A stretch of 64,000 nt of DNA from Macrostomum lignano. Taxonomy: Eukaryota. The notes under the pieces are model-generated. The model had not been told where the DNA came from. It searched no databases and saw only the letters and a program-made list of their open reading frames with translations. The position numbers and the translations under genes are program-made. Below are positions 34,701 to 47,310 of this stretch, in pieces. The stretch lies in the NCBI GenBank assembly GCA_002269645.1, contig NIVC01001194.1, positions 1 through 64,000 on the forward strand. The letters run 5' to 3'. How positions within the stretch are numbered: the stretch's first letter is position 1; each line of letters opens with the position of its first letter.

Positions 34701-37700
34701 CACAGAATCGGTCAGGATCACACAGAATTGGTCAGGATCACACAGAATCGGTCAGAATCACACAGAATCGGTCAGGATAACACAGAATCGGTCAGGATAA
34801 CACAGAATCGGTCAGAATCACACAGAATCGGTCAGGATAACACAGAATCGGTCAGGATCACACAGAATCGGTCAGGATCACAGAATCGGTCAGGATCATA
34901 CCATGATAAAGAATCGGTCAGGATCACACAGAATTGGTCAGGATCACACAGAATCGGTCAGGATCACACAGAATCGGTCAGGATCACACAGAATCGGTCA
35001 GGGATCACACAGAATCGGTCAGGATCACAGAATCGGTCAGGATAACACAGAATCAGTCAGGATCACACAGAATCGGTCAGGATCACACAGAATCGGTCAG
35101 GATCACAGAATCGTTCAGGATCACACAGAATCGGTCAGGGGCACACAGAATCGGTCAGGATCACACAGAATTGGTCAGGATCACACAGAATCGGTCAGGG
35201 GCACACAGAATCGGTCAGGATAACACAGAATCGGTCAGGATCACAGAATCGGTCAGGATCACACAGAATCGGTCAGGGGCACACAGAATCGGTCAGGATC
35301 ACACAGAATTGGTCAGGATCACACAGAATCGGTCAGGATCACACAGAATCGGTCAGGATCACACAGAATCGGTCAGGATCACACAGAATTGGTCAGGATC
35401 ACACAGAATCGGTCAGGATCACACAGAATCGGTCAGGGATCACAGAATCGGTCAGGATCACACAGAATCGGTCAGGGATCACAGAATCGGTCAGAATCAC
35501 ACAGAATCGGTCAGGATAACACAGAATCGGTCAGGGATCACACAGGATCGGTCAGGATAACACAGAATCGGTCAGGGATCACACAGGATCGGTCAGGGGC
35601 ACACAGAATCGGTCAGGGATCACACAGGATCGGTCAGGATAACACAGAATTGGTCAGGATCACACAGAATCGGTCAGGGATCACACAGAATCGGTCAGGA
35701 ATCACACAGGATCGGTCAGGGATCACACAGAATCCGTCAGGGATCACACAGAATCGGTTAGGATCACACAGAATCGGTCAGGATCACACAGAATCGGTCA
35801 GGGGCACACAGAATCGGTCAGGATCACACAGAATTGGTCAGGATCACACAGAATCGGTCACGATCACACAGAATCGGTCAGAATCACACAGAATCGGTCA
35901 GGATCACACAGAATCGGTCAGGATAACACAGAATCGGTCAGGATCACACAGAATCGGTCAGGATCACAGAATCGGTCAGGATCATACCATGATAAAGAAT
36001 CGGTCAGGATCACACAGAATTGGTCAGGATCACACAGAATCGGTCAGGATAACACAGAATCGGTCAGGATCACACAGAATCGGTCAGGGATCACACAGAA
36101 TCGGTCAGGATCACAGAATCGGTCAGGATAACACAGAATCAGTCAGGATCACACAGAATTGGTCAGGATCACACAGAATCGGTCAGGGGCACACAGAATC
36201 GGTCAGGATCACACAGAATCGGTCAGGGGCACACAGAATCGGTCAGGATCACACAGAATTGGTCAGGATCACACAGAATCGGTCAGGGGCACACAGAATC
36301 GGTCAGGATAACACAGAATCCGTCAGGATCACAGAATCGGTCAGGATCACACAGAATCGGTCAGGGGCACACAGAATCGGTCAGGATCACACAGAATTGG
36401 TCAGGATCACACAGAATCGGTCAGGATCACACAGAATCGGTCAGGATCACACAGAATCGGTCAGGATCACACAGAATTGGTCAGGATCACACAGAATCGG
36501 TCAGAATCACACAGAATCGGTCAGGATAACACAGAATCGGTCAGGATAACACAGACTCGGTCAGGATCACACAGAATCGGTCAGGATCACAGAATCGGTC
36601 AGGATCATACCATGATAAAGAATCGGTCAGGATCACACAGAATTGGTCAGGATCACACAGAATCGGTCAGGATCACACAGAATCGGTCAGGATCACACAG
36701 AATCGGTCAGGATCACACAGAATCGGTCAGGGATCACACAGAATCGGTCAGGATCACAGAATCGGTCAGGATCACAGAATCGGTCAGGATCACAGAATCG
36801 GTCAGGATCACACAGAATCGGTCAGGATCACACAGAATCGGTCAGGATCACACAGAATCAGTCAGGGATCACACAGAATCGGTCAGGATCACAGAATCGG
36901 TCAGGATCACAGAATCGGTCAGGATCACAGAATCGGTCAGGATCACAGAATCGGTCAGGATCACACAGAATCGGTCAGGATCACAGAACCGGTCAGGATC
37001 ACAGAATCGGTCAGGATCACAGAATCGATCAAGATTACACAGAACCTATCAGAGCCACACAATAAACAGGCCATACCTTCGCATCCTGCTGAGCGAACCG
37101 ATCAAACATGCCAGCAAACCGCCGCCTCTCCCGCTGCTCCACCTGCTTGGCCCCATCCAGAGCTCTCTGCAAGCCCGCCTTGGCAGCCGAATTACTCGAA
37201 TTCACAGCTAAACAAGCTCGAAAATCATCCGCAGCCAAATCAAAGTCGCAAGTCTCCAGCCGAGCCTGACCCCGCCTGTACAGAGCCTTCTCATTCTTTG
37301 AGTCCAGTTTCTCCAGCACTGACGAGCACTGAGTGACCGCCTGCTGAAATCGGCGGGTTTTCAGACAGGCGAGTGCGAGGTTGAGCCGGCCCGCCAGCAA
37401 CAGGCGATGGCGCTGAGTTTGCAGATCCGCGTCGCCTTGGAAATCCGCGTCCCATTCAAGGTAGTCAACCACCTGGGGATCGGAGATGCAAGGGGGCGGT
37501 GAGAGTGGGGACCAAATCATTGAGACTCACATAAACAATCGCCTTGAACCCACAGATAATCGCCCATGACCACCATAAATGACCATCCTTGACCCCAATA
37601 GAGAATCACCCTGACCCCCATAGAGAATCGCCCCCGACACGCCATAGAGATTCGCCCCTGACACCCCATAGAGAATCGCCCCTGACACTCCATAGAGAAT

Positions 37701-40700
37701 CGCCCCCGACACGCCATAGAGAATCGCCCCCGACATCCCATAGAGAGCCCCTGGCCCCCATAGAGAATCGCCCCTGGCCCCCATAGAGAATCGCCCCCGA
37801 CACGCCATAGAGAATCGCCCCCGACATCCCATAGAGAATCGCCCTAGCCCCCATAGAGAATCGCCCCTAGCCCCCATAGAGAATCGCCCCTGGCCCCCAT
37901 AGAGAATCGCCCTAGCCCCCATAGAGAATCGCCCTAGCCCCCATAGAGAATCGCCCTAGCCCCATAGAGAATCGCCCTAGCCCCATAGAGAATCGCCCCT
38001 AGCCCCATGGAGAATCGCCCTAGCCCCATAGAGAATCGCCCCTAGCCCCATAGAGAATCGCCCCTAGCCCCATAGAGAATCGCCCCTAGCCCCATAGAGA
38101 ATCGCCCCTGGCCCCCATAGAGAATCGCCCCTGGCCCCCATAGAGAATCGCCCTAGCCCCATAGAGAATCGCCCTAGCCCCCATAGAGAATCGCCCCTGG
38201 CCCCCATAGAGAATCGCCCCTGACACCCCATAGAGAATCGCCCCTGACTCCCATAGAGAATCGCCCCTGACACCCCATAGAGAATCGCCCCTGGCCCCCA
38301 TAGAGAATCGCCCCTGACACCCCATAGAGAATCGCCCCTGACACCCTATAGAGAATCGCCCCTGACTCCCATAGAGAATCACCCCTGACCCCCATAGAGA
38401 ATCGCCCCTGACCTTAAACGAAATCGCTCCTGACCCCAGAAACAAAAGGCAGGCAACAAACCCGTTTGCAGTGCACAAAGGCCAGCCGCAGGTTGCCGGC
38501 AGTCAAGCAGGCGACACTCCTGGCCTTGGCAGACTCGGCCTCAGCAATTTTCTCCACCCGATTGAGCTGCCAAACTTCTTTCGGTTTAACAAAATCCAGC
38601 AGTTCGATCTGATACACCAGATTGGCATTCGGAGGCACTGACAGATCCGCACAGCCTCCGGCGCCAAAGCCGAGCTCACTGGAATCCAACAGCCAAATAT
38701 TGGCCTGCTCGCACTTGTACATTTTGCACAGAGCAGCCTCAATGCCTGGGCAATATCCCTCAGCTGGGGGAAGCGTGTCCCCGAGTTCGAACTCCAGCTG
38801 CTTGGATGGCAGGAACTCTTTCAATTGATTAGCAGGCGATTGAAGAATTTGAAAGCCGCGCAACTTCACCGTGACTTGACTGCCCAGGGTGGGGTTCACG
38901 AATCCTGGCGATTGTGGGAATTTGGCATTTTTATGTGAGCGATTCTTTACAGTTGTCATGATCGATTCCGTATGGGGTCAGAGCGATTCTTTATGGGATG
39001 TCAGGGGCGATTCTCTATGGGATGTCAGGGGCGATTCTCTATGGCGTGTCGGGTGCGATTCTCTATGGCGTGTCGGGGGCGATTCTCTATGGGATGTCAG
39101 GGGCGATTCTCTATGGTGTGTCGGGGGCGATTCTCTATGGCGTGTCAGGGGCGATTCTCTATGGGATGTCAGGGGCGATTCTCTATAGGGTGTCAGGGGC
39201 GATTCTCTATGGGGTGTCAGGGGCGATTCTCTATGGGGGCCAGGGGCGATTCTCTATGGGGTGTCAGGGGCGATTCTCTATGGGAGTCAGGGGCGATTCT
39301 CTATGGGGTGTCAGGGGCGATTCTCTATGGGGGCCAGGGGCGATTCTCTATGGGGGCCAGGGGCGATTCTCTATGGGGGCTAGGGCGATTCTCTATGGGG
39401 GCTAGGGCGATTCTCTATGGGATGTCAGGGGCGATTCTCTATGGGATGTCGGGGGCGATTCTCTATGGCGTGTCGGGGGCGATTCTCTATGGGAGTCAGG
39501 GGCGATTCTCTATGGAATGTCGGGGGCGATTCTCTATGAGGGTCAGAGACAATTCCAGCTACATGTATGGGGATCAGAAGCGGTTCTGGGTATGGAGGTC
39601 AGTGGCGATCTTCTATGGGGGTCAGAGCGATTCTTTTTGGGATCAGGGGCGATTCTATATGGGGGTCAGAGGCGATTCTATATGGGGGTCAGGGGCGATT
39701 CTCTATAAATAAATCTGAGACTAATTTATTCTCAGGCCAGAAGAGAGTCCTCACGTTGGTGACTGATAATTGCAAGTTTTCTATAGCGCCTAAATAGAGG
39801 GTTACATTTTTAGAGAATAGAGGACACACACACTACTACTAATAATACTAACCTTCCCCATGCCTGGCCACGCTCCGCAGCAGGCTGCCATTTTTATTCG
39901 CCGATATGTCGTCTCCCCGCCAGTCGATCAGCTCCACATCCATGACAACATCGGCATTCGGTCCAGCGCAGCGGCCGGAAGCAGCAGCTGCAGTGGCGGC
40001 AGAAGCAGAAGACTTGCAGGAGCCGTTGCAGCAGCCAGAATGATCATCCGTTTCATCGCCGAATGCGTAGTCGCTTCTGGCGTACAGGCGGCACAGCTGG
40101 CCTGGCTGCATTGTGGGCAGGCAGAGCTCCAGGGCTTTGAGGGATTCGCCTGCGAATGCCAAAAATGAACCTTTCATACTACTCACTGCAAATCGATTGT
40201 TAAGTAAGTAGCAAGTTTGGCATTTGTGATTATAAATAAAAGATTCATAAATGACTCGAAATTCAATTTAATATGAAAATTCTTGTGGATTCTATTGAAA
40301 TTCTTATGAAGTTCTTATGGGATTCTTTAAGGTATCTAATGGAAGAAGTTAATTTTTATGAGGGAATTAATGGGGATTCTTATAGGGATAATGGGAAAAC
40401 TTATGGGAATTCTTTTGGGAAATCTAATGGGGAACCTATTGGGGAATCTATTGGGGAACCTATTGGGGATTCTTTTGGGAAATCTAATGAGGAATAGATG
40501 GGGAATCTAATGGGGAATCTAATGGAAAATATATTGCGAAATATACTGGGGCACTATTGGAGAATATATTGGGAAATATACTGGGGCACTATTAGAGAAT
40601 ATATTGGGAAATATATTGGGGAACCTATTGGGGAATCGAATGAGAAATCTAATGTAAAAACTATTGGGGAATACGAGGGATACTCCAAAAGTTTTGCAAT

Positions 40701-42823
40701 TCAACCACTTGCGCAAGTCGCACAATCTTCAAAACCAACTCTCTGTACAATAAACATGTACATAGTCCCCACCTCAATTTTCAAGTGAATTCATACATAT
40801 ACGCCTGCTCAGCCCCCAGTCAAAGTCAGAGACTCCTTAACTGTACAGCTGCAGCCATGGAATTGAATCGTGAGCAGAATCGGCTACTAATTTGGTACTG
40901 CCACAAGCGAAAGCTCACGGCGCTTGAGACTCATGCCGAGCTACTAGCAACATTGGAGGCTCAAGCGCCGTCATATGCTACGGTTAAACGCTGGTACGCG
41001 AGTTCCAGGCCGGCAGGACCAGCTTTTCTGACGACCCCCGGCCCGGGAGACCTCCGACAGCAGTGACGGAGGAAAACATCGCTGCAGTGCAGGAGCTGAT
41101 TCATCAGGATCCGCGAATCACCACGGACATGCTAGCTATGAATGTCGGCATTGGATCGGCAGCGGTCGATACGATTCTACACGATCACCTGAGAGTCAGG
41201 AAGCTTTGTGCCCGATGGATACCCCACATCCTGACAGATGCTCAAAAACAGGCCCGCATGGAGTTCTGTCAGTTTCTCATCAATCGATATGAGCACGGGA
41301 GCCATCAGCGCCGCTCTGAGGTCATCACTGGTGATGAGACGTTTCTGTATCATTTTGACGTCGAGACAAAGCGCAGCAGTGCAGAGTGGGTGCCGGAAGG
41401 TGGTCAACGACCCCTGAAAGCAAGGCGGTCCCGGTCCCAGGGCAAGCGGATGTTTGCCATCTTCTTCGACTCACAAGGCGTGGTGGCGATGGTGAAGCTG
41501 GAGGGTCAAGCTACAGTCACTGCTCGATGGTACACTGAAGAGTGCTTGCCAGTCGTGATCGACAGCGTGACCCAGAGGGCGCCAAGGACGGGAATGCGAG
41601 GGCGGAAGCTTCACCATGACAACGCCCCCGCCCACACGGCTGCTGCAACTCGAGCGTTCCTGGACCAAGAGGGCATTTCAACGCTACCACACCCGGCCTA
41701 CTCACCAGACCTCGCCCCCTGCGACTTCTGGCTCTTTCCAGAAATCAAAAAGTCGCTTAGGGGGCGCAGGTTTCAGTCCGACGAGGAGCTGGAGCAGGCG
41801 GCGAAGGAGGCGATTGACGGCATCCCAATTGAAGACTTCCAGGGCTTGATGAACAAGTGGCTCGGACGAGCGCACAAGTGTTTGCAGTTCCGGGGAGCCT
41901 ACTTTGAAGGATTGTAATAGAAAAGTTTGGCAAAATTAACTTTAAATAGTCGAATTGCAAAACTTTTAGAGTATCCCTCGTATAATGGGGAATCTATGGG
42001 GAAATAATGGAGAATTTATTGGGGAATCTAATGGGGAATCTATTGAAGAATCTAATGGGGAATCTAACGCGGAAACTTTTGGGGATTCTTAAGGAACTTT
42101 CAGCGAGATTCTTATGGGGATTCTCGGGGAGATTCTTATGGGGATTCCTATGGTGACTCTTATGTGGATTCTAATGGGGAAATTTATGGAGAATCTTACG
42201 GGGAACCTAATAGTGATTTCTATGGGGACTCTTGGAGATTCTTAAATATGGGGATTCTTATAGGAAATTTTAAGAAATCTTATGGGGAATATTATGGGGG
42301 TATCTATGAGTAATTTTATGGAGATCTTATAGAAATATGTTGGGGATTCTTTTAGGTATTTTCATGGCAATTTTCATAAGAATTCCTATGACAGCCTATC
42401 GAAGACTTATTAGTAAAAACACAATAATAACGACAAGTTTAATCCAGACCAACCATTATCCAATTTAAAAGTGACGCCCTCCCCAGCGCCACCCTGGCTG
42501 TCTCCGCGGGTTGTGCCATAGACCTGGCCATCCCGAGGCCCGCCAAAAAAGCGGCCAGTCCAGTGCACCGTCACCCAGTCTCCTGGATTCGGCCTCAACA
42601 AGCTGGCATCGGCGGCTGGCAATTGTTCTGTATTACTAACAGTAGTAGCACCGCCAGTAGTAGAAGACTCTTCTCTGTTTAAAATCAATTTGAAGACGCC
42701 ACCATCCTCAGTCAGAGGTACAGCTTCTGGAGGCACGTTATTCAATGCTGGCAGAGGCTGCGGCTGCTGTGCGACCCCAGCAGTCGTGCTCTGCTCTTTG
42801 CTGTTATCAGCTGAAGAGGTCAT
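31785..42823 (-). CDS. FKBP4: FKBP4/FKBP5 (FKBP52/51/59)-type immunophilin: two FKBP-type PPIase domains plus TPR domain, ~562 aa
   Basis: Exons 42823-42454, 40149-39853, 38904-38462, 37472-37077 and 31967-31785, in phase. Motifs EDGGVFKLIL, GDWVTVHWTG, GPNADVVMDVELIDW.GDDIS..KNGSLLR, VPPNANLVYQIELLDF, and TPR LNLALACLK...NEKALYRRGQA. FKBP4 versus FKBP5 cannot be resolved. Confidence 0.85.
32030..37045. repeat. 5-kb intronic satellite of 18-21-bp units (ggatcacacagaatcggtca)n
   Basis: Fills the last FKBP intron and is the source of the RITQNRSG ORFs. Confidence 0.97.
37560..38412. repeat. ~22-23-bp minisatellite (ccccatagagaatcgcccctag)n, left arm of an inverted pair
   Basis: Reverse complement of the 38965-39710 unit. 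Confidence 0.95.
38965..39710. repeat. ~23-bp minisatellite (gtcaggggcgattctctatggg)n, right arm of an inverted pair
   Basis: Reverse complement of the 37560-38412 unit. Confidence 0.95.
40674..41980 (+). mobile_element. Full-length mariner transposon (1307 bp) in FKBP intron 1; DD34D transposase with one frameshift
   Basis: TIRs cgagggatactccaaaagttttgcaattc / gaattgcaaaacttttagagtatccctcg (1 mismatch), flanked by TA. The transposase starts at ATG ~40857. Motifs ARWIPHILT, ITGDET, HHDNAPAH and YSPDLAPCD, with 34 residues between the last two Asp. A 1-nt deletion near 40995 splits the ORF. Confidence 0.95.
41985..42400. repeat. Degenerate (ggggaatctaat/ggggattctt)-type repeat, continuous with 40300-40665 across the mariner insertion
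   Basis: Similar low-complexity units on both sides of the element. Confidence 0.75.
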
Positions 42824-43114
42824 TGCGTGCTGGGGCATGCAAGGGATTGAAAAAAACAAATTTACTGATAATGCAGCATCTTTTCAAAATCAGTCATAAA
42901 ACGGCCTTTTGGGGGCACTTGCTAGTCTTATAATTTTATTTTTTAATTTTCGGGATTTTAATAATAAAAATAGCAGCAGCAGCAGCAGTAGTAGTAGTAG
43001 CAGCAATAGTACTAGTAGTTATGGGGATTTTTATGGGGATTCTTAATCGCAGATCTTATGGGGATTTTTATCGGATTCTTATTGGAGATTTTATCGGGAA
43101 TCTATGGGGAATAT

Positions 43115-43233
43115 GAAGTAGTAGTAGTCGTAGTAGTATTAGTAGTAGTGGTAGTAGTAGTAGTAGTCGTAGTAGCAGTAGTAGTAGTAGTAGTAGTAGT
43201 AGCAGTAGTAGTAGTAGTAGTAGTAGTAGTAGC

Positions 43234-43265
<32 letters not shown>

Positions 43266-43850
43266 TAGTAGTCGTAGTAGTATTAGTAGTAGTGGTAGTA
43301 GTAGTAGTAGTAGTGGTAGTAGTAGTAGTAGTAGTGGTAGTAGTAGTAGTAGTATAGTAGTAGTGGTAGTAGTAGTGGTAGTAGTAGTAGTAGTAGTGGT
43401 AGTAGTAGTAGTAGTATAGTAGTAGTGGTAGTAGTAGTAGTAGTATTAGTAGTAGTGGTAGTAGTAGTAGTCGTCGTAGTAGTAGTAGTATTAGTAGTAG
43501 TGGTAGTAGTAGTAGTAGTAGTGGTAGTAGTAGTATTAGTATAGCAGTATTGGTAGTAGTAGTAGCAGTAGTAGTAGTAGTAGTAGTAGTCGTAGTAGTA
43601 TTAGTAGTAGTGGTAGTAGTAGTAGTAGTAGTGGTAGTAGTAGTCGTAGTAGTATTAGTAGTAGTGGTAGTAGTAGTAGTAGTAGTGGTAGTAGTAGTAG
43701 TAGTAGTGGTAGTAGTAGTAGTAGTATAGTAGTAGTGGTAGTAGTAGTAGTAGTATAGTAGTAGTGGTAGTAGTAGTAGTAGTATAGTAGTAGTGGTAGT
43801 AGTAGTAGTATAGTAGTAGTGGTAGTAGTAGTATTAGTATAGTAGTAGTG

Positions 43851-43893
<43 letters not shown>

Positions 43894-44002
43894 TAGTAGT
43901 AGTAGTATAGTAGTAGTGGTAGTAGTAGTAGTAGTATAGTAGTAGTGGTAGTAGTAGTAGTATAGTAGTAGTGGTAGTAGTAGTATTAGTATAGTAGTAG
44001 TG

Positions 44003-44085
<83 letters not shown>

Positions 44086-44142
44086 CGTAGTAGTAGTAGT
44101 AGTAGGCGTAGTAGCAGTAGTAGCAGTAGTAGTAGTAGTAGC
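43115..44142. repeat. ~1-kb (TAG)n microsatellite
   Basis: Directly visible; gives the poly-Val ORF. Confidence 0.97.
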
Positions 44143-44534
44143 TTTTTAAAAAAATGTATAAAACGGCCCTATTTGCTTACAATTCAACTCTCAGTAGTAT
44201 AGATCAAGAACTTACACTATAATATAGACGATTGGAAGATTATTTAGAGTTAAGCAGAATTGATTGCGGTTAGTACGCAGTTAAATGTAAAGTGCTTGCG
44301 CTTACCAAGGAACACTATGTAGAAATCTTATCTAACGTGGGCAGTAATTCATCATGAAGTTACAAAATCAAAGGAAAAAAACGAACACCTTTTCTCCGAC
44401 AAAATCGGTCCGCCACACAAAAATGCCAGCATATGTTGAGCATTGAAATGCCAGCGCGAACAGAACTATATTTAATGAATTATTTTCGCAAACAATATAC
44501 TTTATACACGTAGGCCATAGTTGTCAGTCTGAAG

Positions 44535-46769
44535 TTAACGCTTCCTGCCTTGGCTCTTGTTCTTGTTCTTTCCAAAACCTCCGCCGCCTCCCTTGGACCT
44601 CTTCTGATTCTGCACTTTAAACTTCGCTGCCTTTTTCGCGGTGGCCCCGTGCTTGGCCGTGTTGAACCCGCTGAAGCTCCTGGCGCTGTCTTTCGTATTG
44701 TACTTTGACCGCTTCTTCTGCCCGCCAAAGCCGAATTTCTGGTTCTTGTAGTCGCGTTTTTTGTTCGACCTGCGAGCATTGCCGCCTTTCTGCTGCTGCT
44801 GCTTGTGCATGATTGGCGTGTCTTCAAGGCCTTCTGGCTTGCCAACCCGCCTCTTGCCGCTCAGCATGCCTGAGCAGTTGGTGAGCAATGGGTTCAGATT
44901 TTTAGAAACCTAAATTATTCTTTGTAATTGCGCGTAATCAGAGGTGCACATTTTTGGATTAAATATTAGGATCCCAGATCTCAGAGTGTCTCAAAATTGA
45001 CACTAAACTATAATCCCATACCAAACCCACCCCCTTCACTAGACCCAATTCCAACCCACCAGATCTCATCCCCACACCAGATCCCATTCTCACAACAGAT
45101 CCCATTTCCACACCAGATCCCATTCCTACACAAGATCCCATCCCCCACAAGATCCCATTCCCACACTAGATCCCATTCCCACACCAGATCCCATCACCAC
45201 AACAGATCCCATTTCCACACCAGATCCCATTCCCACACCAGATCCCATTTCCACACAAGATCCCATCCCCCACAAGATCCCATTCCCACACCAGATCCCA
45301 TTCCCACACCAGATCCCATTCCCACACCAGATCCCATCACCACACCAGATCCCATTCCCACACCAGATCCCATTCCCACACCAGATCCCATCCCCCACAA
45401 GATCCCATCCCCCACAAGATCCCATTCCCACACCAGATCCCATTCCCACACCAGATCCCATTCCCACACCAGATCCCATTCCCACACCCGATCTATCCCC
45501 TCACCAGATCCCATTCCCACACCAGATCCTATCACCACACCAGATCCCATTTCCACACCAGATCCCATCGCCACAATAGATCCCACCCCAACAGATCCCA
45601 CCCAATGGCTAATCCCAATCCCCAAACAATACAGATCCCCAAAAATCCCAATCCACACCTTCTAAATCCTCGGCGCCAACGCCCTTCTTCTTAATCTTCT
45701 TAATCGCCTCGGTGAACTGCTTCTTCTCGGCCTGCTTTTTGAGCTGCGCCTCAACCTGAGCCTGTTTAGCAAACTTGCGCTGCTGCCGCAACTCCTTGGC
45801 CTTCTCCCTAGCCTGCAGATCCTGCTGCTTAGCAACCAGATTCGATCGCACCCGTGCCATGTGATCGTCAGATTTCACCATCTCGGCCAGGTAGTCGTCC
45901 GGCCTTTTAGTTGGGACACCTTCGGCTTTCAGCCGGCTGAGGCCGTCAGCGGCGGCCGACTGGGCCAGCCGATAGAACAGCAGCTCGCGCTTGAAGTCAT
46001 CTCGGGCGTCAACCTGAGATGGGTGGAAGATGGCCGGTGATAACTAAAATGCGCAACTTTCGCATAGATACTATCTGATACATATACACATAGACTAATC
46101 CCACACCTTCCAAGACTAATCCCACACCCTCCATAGACTAATCCCATACCTCTCTATAGACGAATCCCATACCTCTCTATAGACTAATCCCACACCCTCC
46201 ATAGACTAATCTCACACCCTCTATAGACTAATCCCACACCCTCCATAGATTAATCCCACACCCTCTATAGACTAATCCCACACCCTCAATAGACTAATCC
46301 CATACCTCCCTAGACCAATGCACACACCTACCTAGACTAATCCCACCTCCCTAGACTAATCCCACCTACCTAGACTAATCCCACCTCCCTAGACTAATCC
46401 CACCTACCTAGACTAATCCCACCTCCCTAGCCTAATCCCACCTCCCTAGACTAATCCCACACCTCCCTTAGACCTCGCTAACCCTACCACACGCAAACAA
46501 GCAAGCCAAAAGCCGCTCACAGTCTTAGGATCGAAATCCAGCTCGCTGCCCGGCACAGCCGCAGGCGCCGGCTCGCACAGCACGTCCAGCCGCTCGATCC
46601 AAGGCAGAGAGTCGGCCTGGCTGAACTCGGCCAGTCTGGCAGTCAGGCCGGCCGTGTCGCACACGTGCGAGCGCTCGTTCTGAACGAACAGCCCGGGCCC
46701 GGCCAGGGCGACGGCTTCGCGCAGGTCCTCGTCTGAATCGCTGGCACCGCTGGCATCGCTGAGGTCCAT
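44535..46769 (-). CDS. EBNA1BP2: rRNA-processing protein EBP2 (EBNA1-binding protein 2), ~312 aa
   Basis: Exons 46769-46521, 46013-45659 and 44869-44535, in phase. Motifs LPWIERLDV, DDFKRELLFYRLAQ, PTKRPDDYLAEMVKSDDHM.RVR and KNQKFGFGGQKKRSKYNT. Confidence 0.93.
45055..45610. repeat. 18-bp minisatellite (ccagatcccattcccaca)n
   Basis: EBP2 intron 2. Confidence 0.93.
46095..46470. repeat. 19-24-bp minisatellite (tagactaatcccacaccctc)n
   Basis: EBP2 intron 1. Confidence 0.9.
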
Positions 46770-46814
46770 TGTTATTGCTGCAGAGTCGCGATGGTTAAGG
46801 AATGGGCGGGCACA

Positions 46815-47310
46815 TTAGGGCGATTTTTCTAGTTGACTTTGGAGCGATTTTTCTATGGGCTGAAATTAAGGCAATTTTTCTAGGGCCGAGATTGGGGCGA
46901 TTTTTCCAAGGGCTGAGATTGGTGCGATTTCTCTATGGGCTGAGATTGGGGCGAATTTTCTATGGGCTGAGATTGGGGCGATTTCTCTATGGGCTGAGAT
47001 TGGGGCGATTTTTCTATGGGCTGAGATTGGGGCGATTTTTCTATGGGCTGAGATTGCGGCGATTTTTCTAGGGTTGAGATTGGGGCGATTTTTCTAGGGT
47101 TGAGATTGGGGCGATTTGTCTATGGGCTGAGATTGCGGCGATTTTTCTAGGGTTGAGATTGGGGCGATTTGTCTATGGGCTGAGATTGCGGCGATTTTTC
47201 TAGGGTTGAGATTGGGGCGATTTGTCTATGGGCTGAGATTGGGGCGATTTTTCTATGGGCTGAGATTGGGGCGATTTTTCTATGGGCTGAGATTGGGGCG
47301 ATTTTTCTAA
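46815..47310. repeat. ~24-bp minisatellite (ctatgggctgagattggggcgatttt)n
   Basis: Immediately upstream of EBP2. Confidence 0.93.

Noticed and set aside
32020-37211. Long RITQNRSG/HRIGQ ORFs
   Set aside because: Satellite translation with frequent frame switches, lying in an FKBP intron.
43058-43357. Poly-Val membrane protein ORFs (also 31369-31698)
   Set aside because: Translations of (TAG)n microsatellites.
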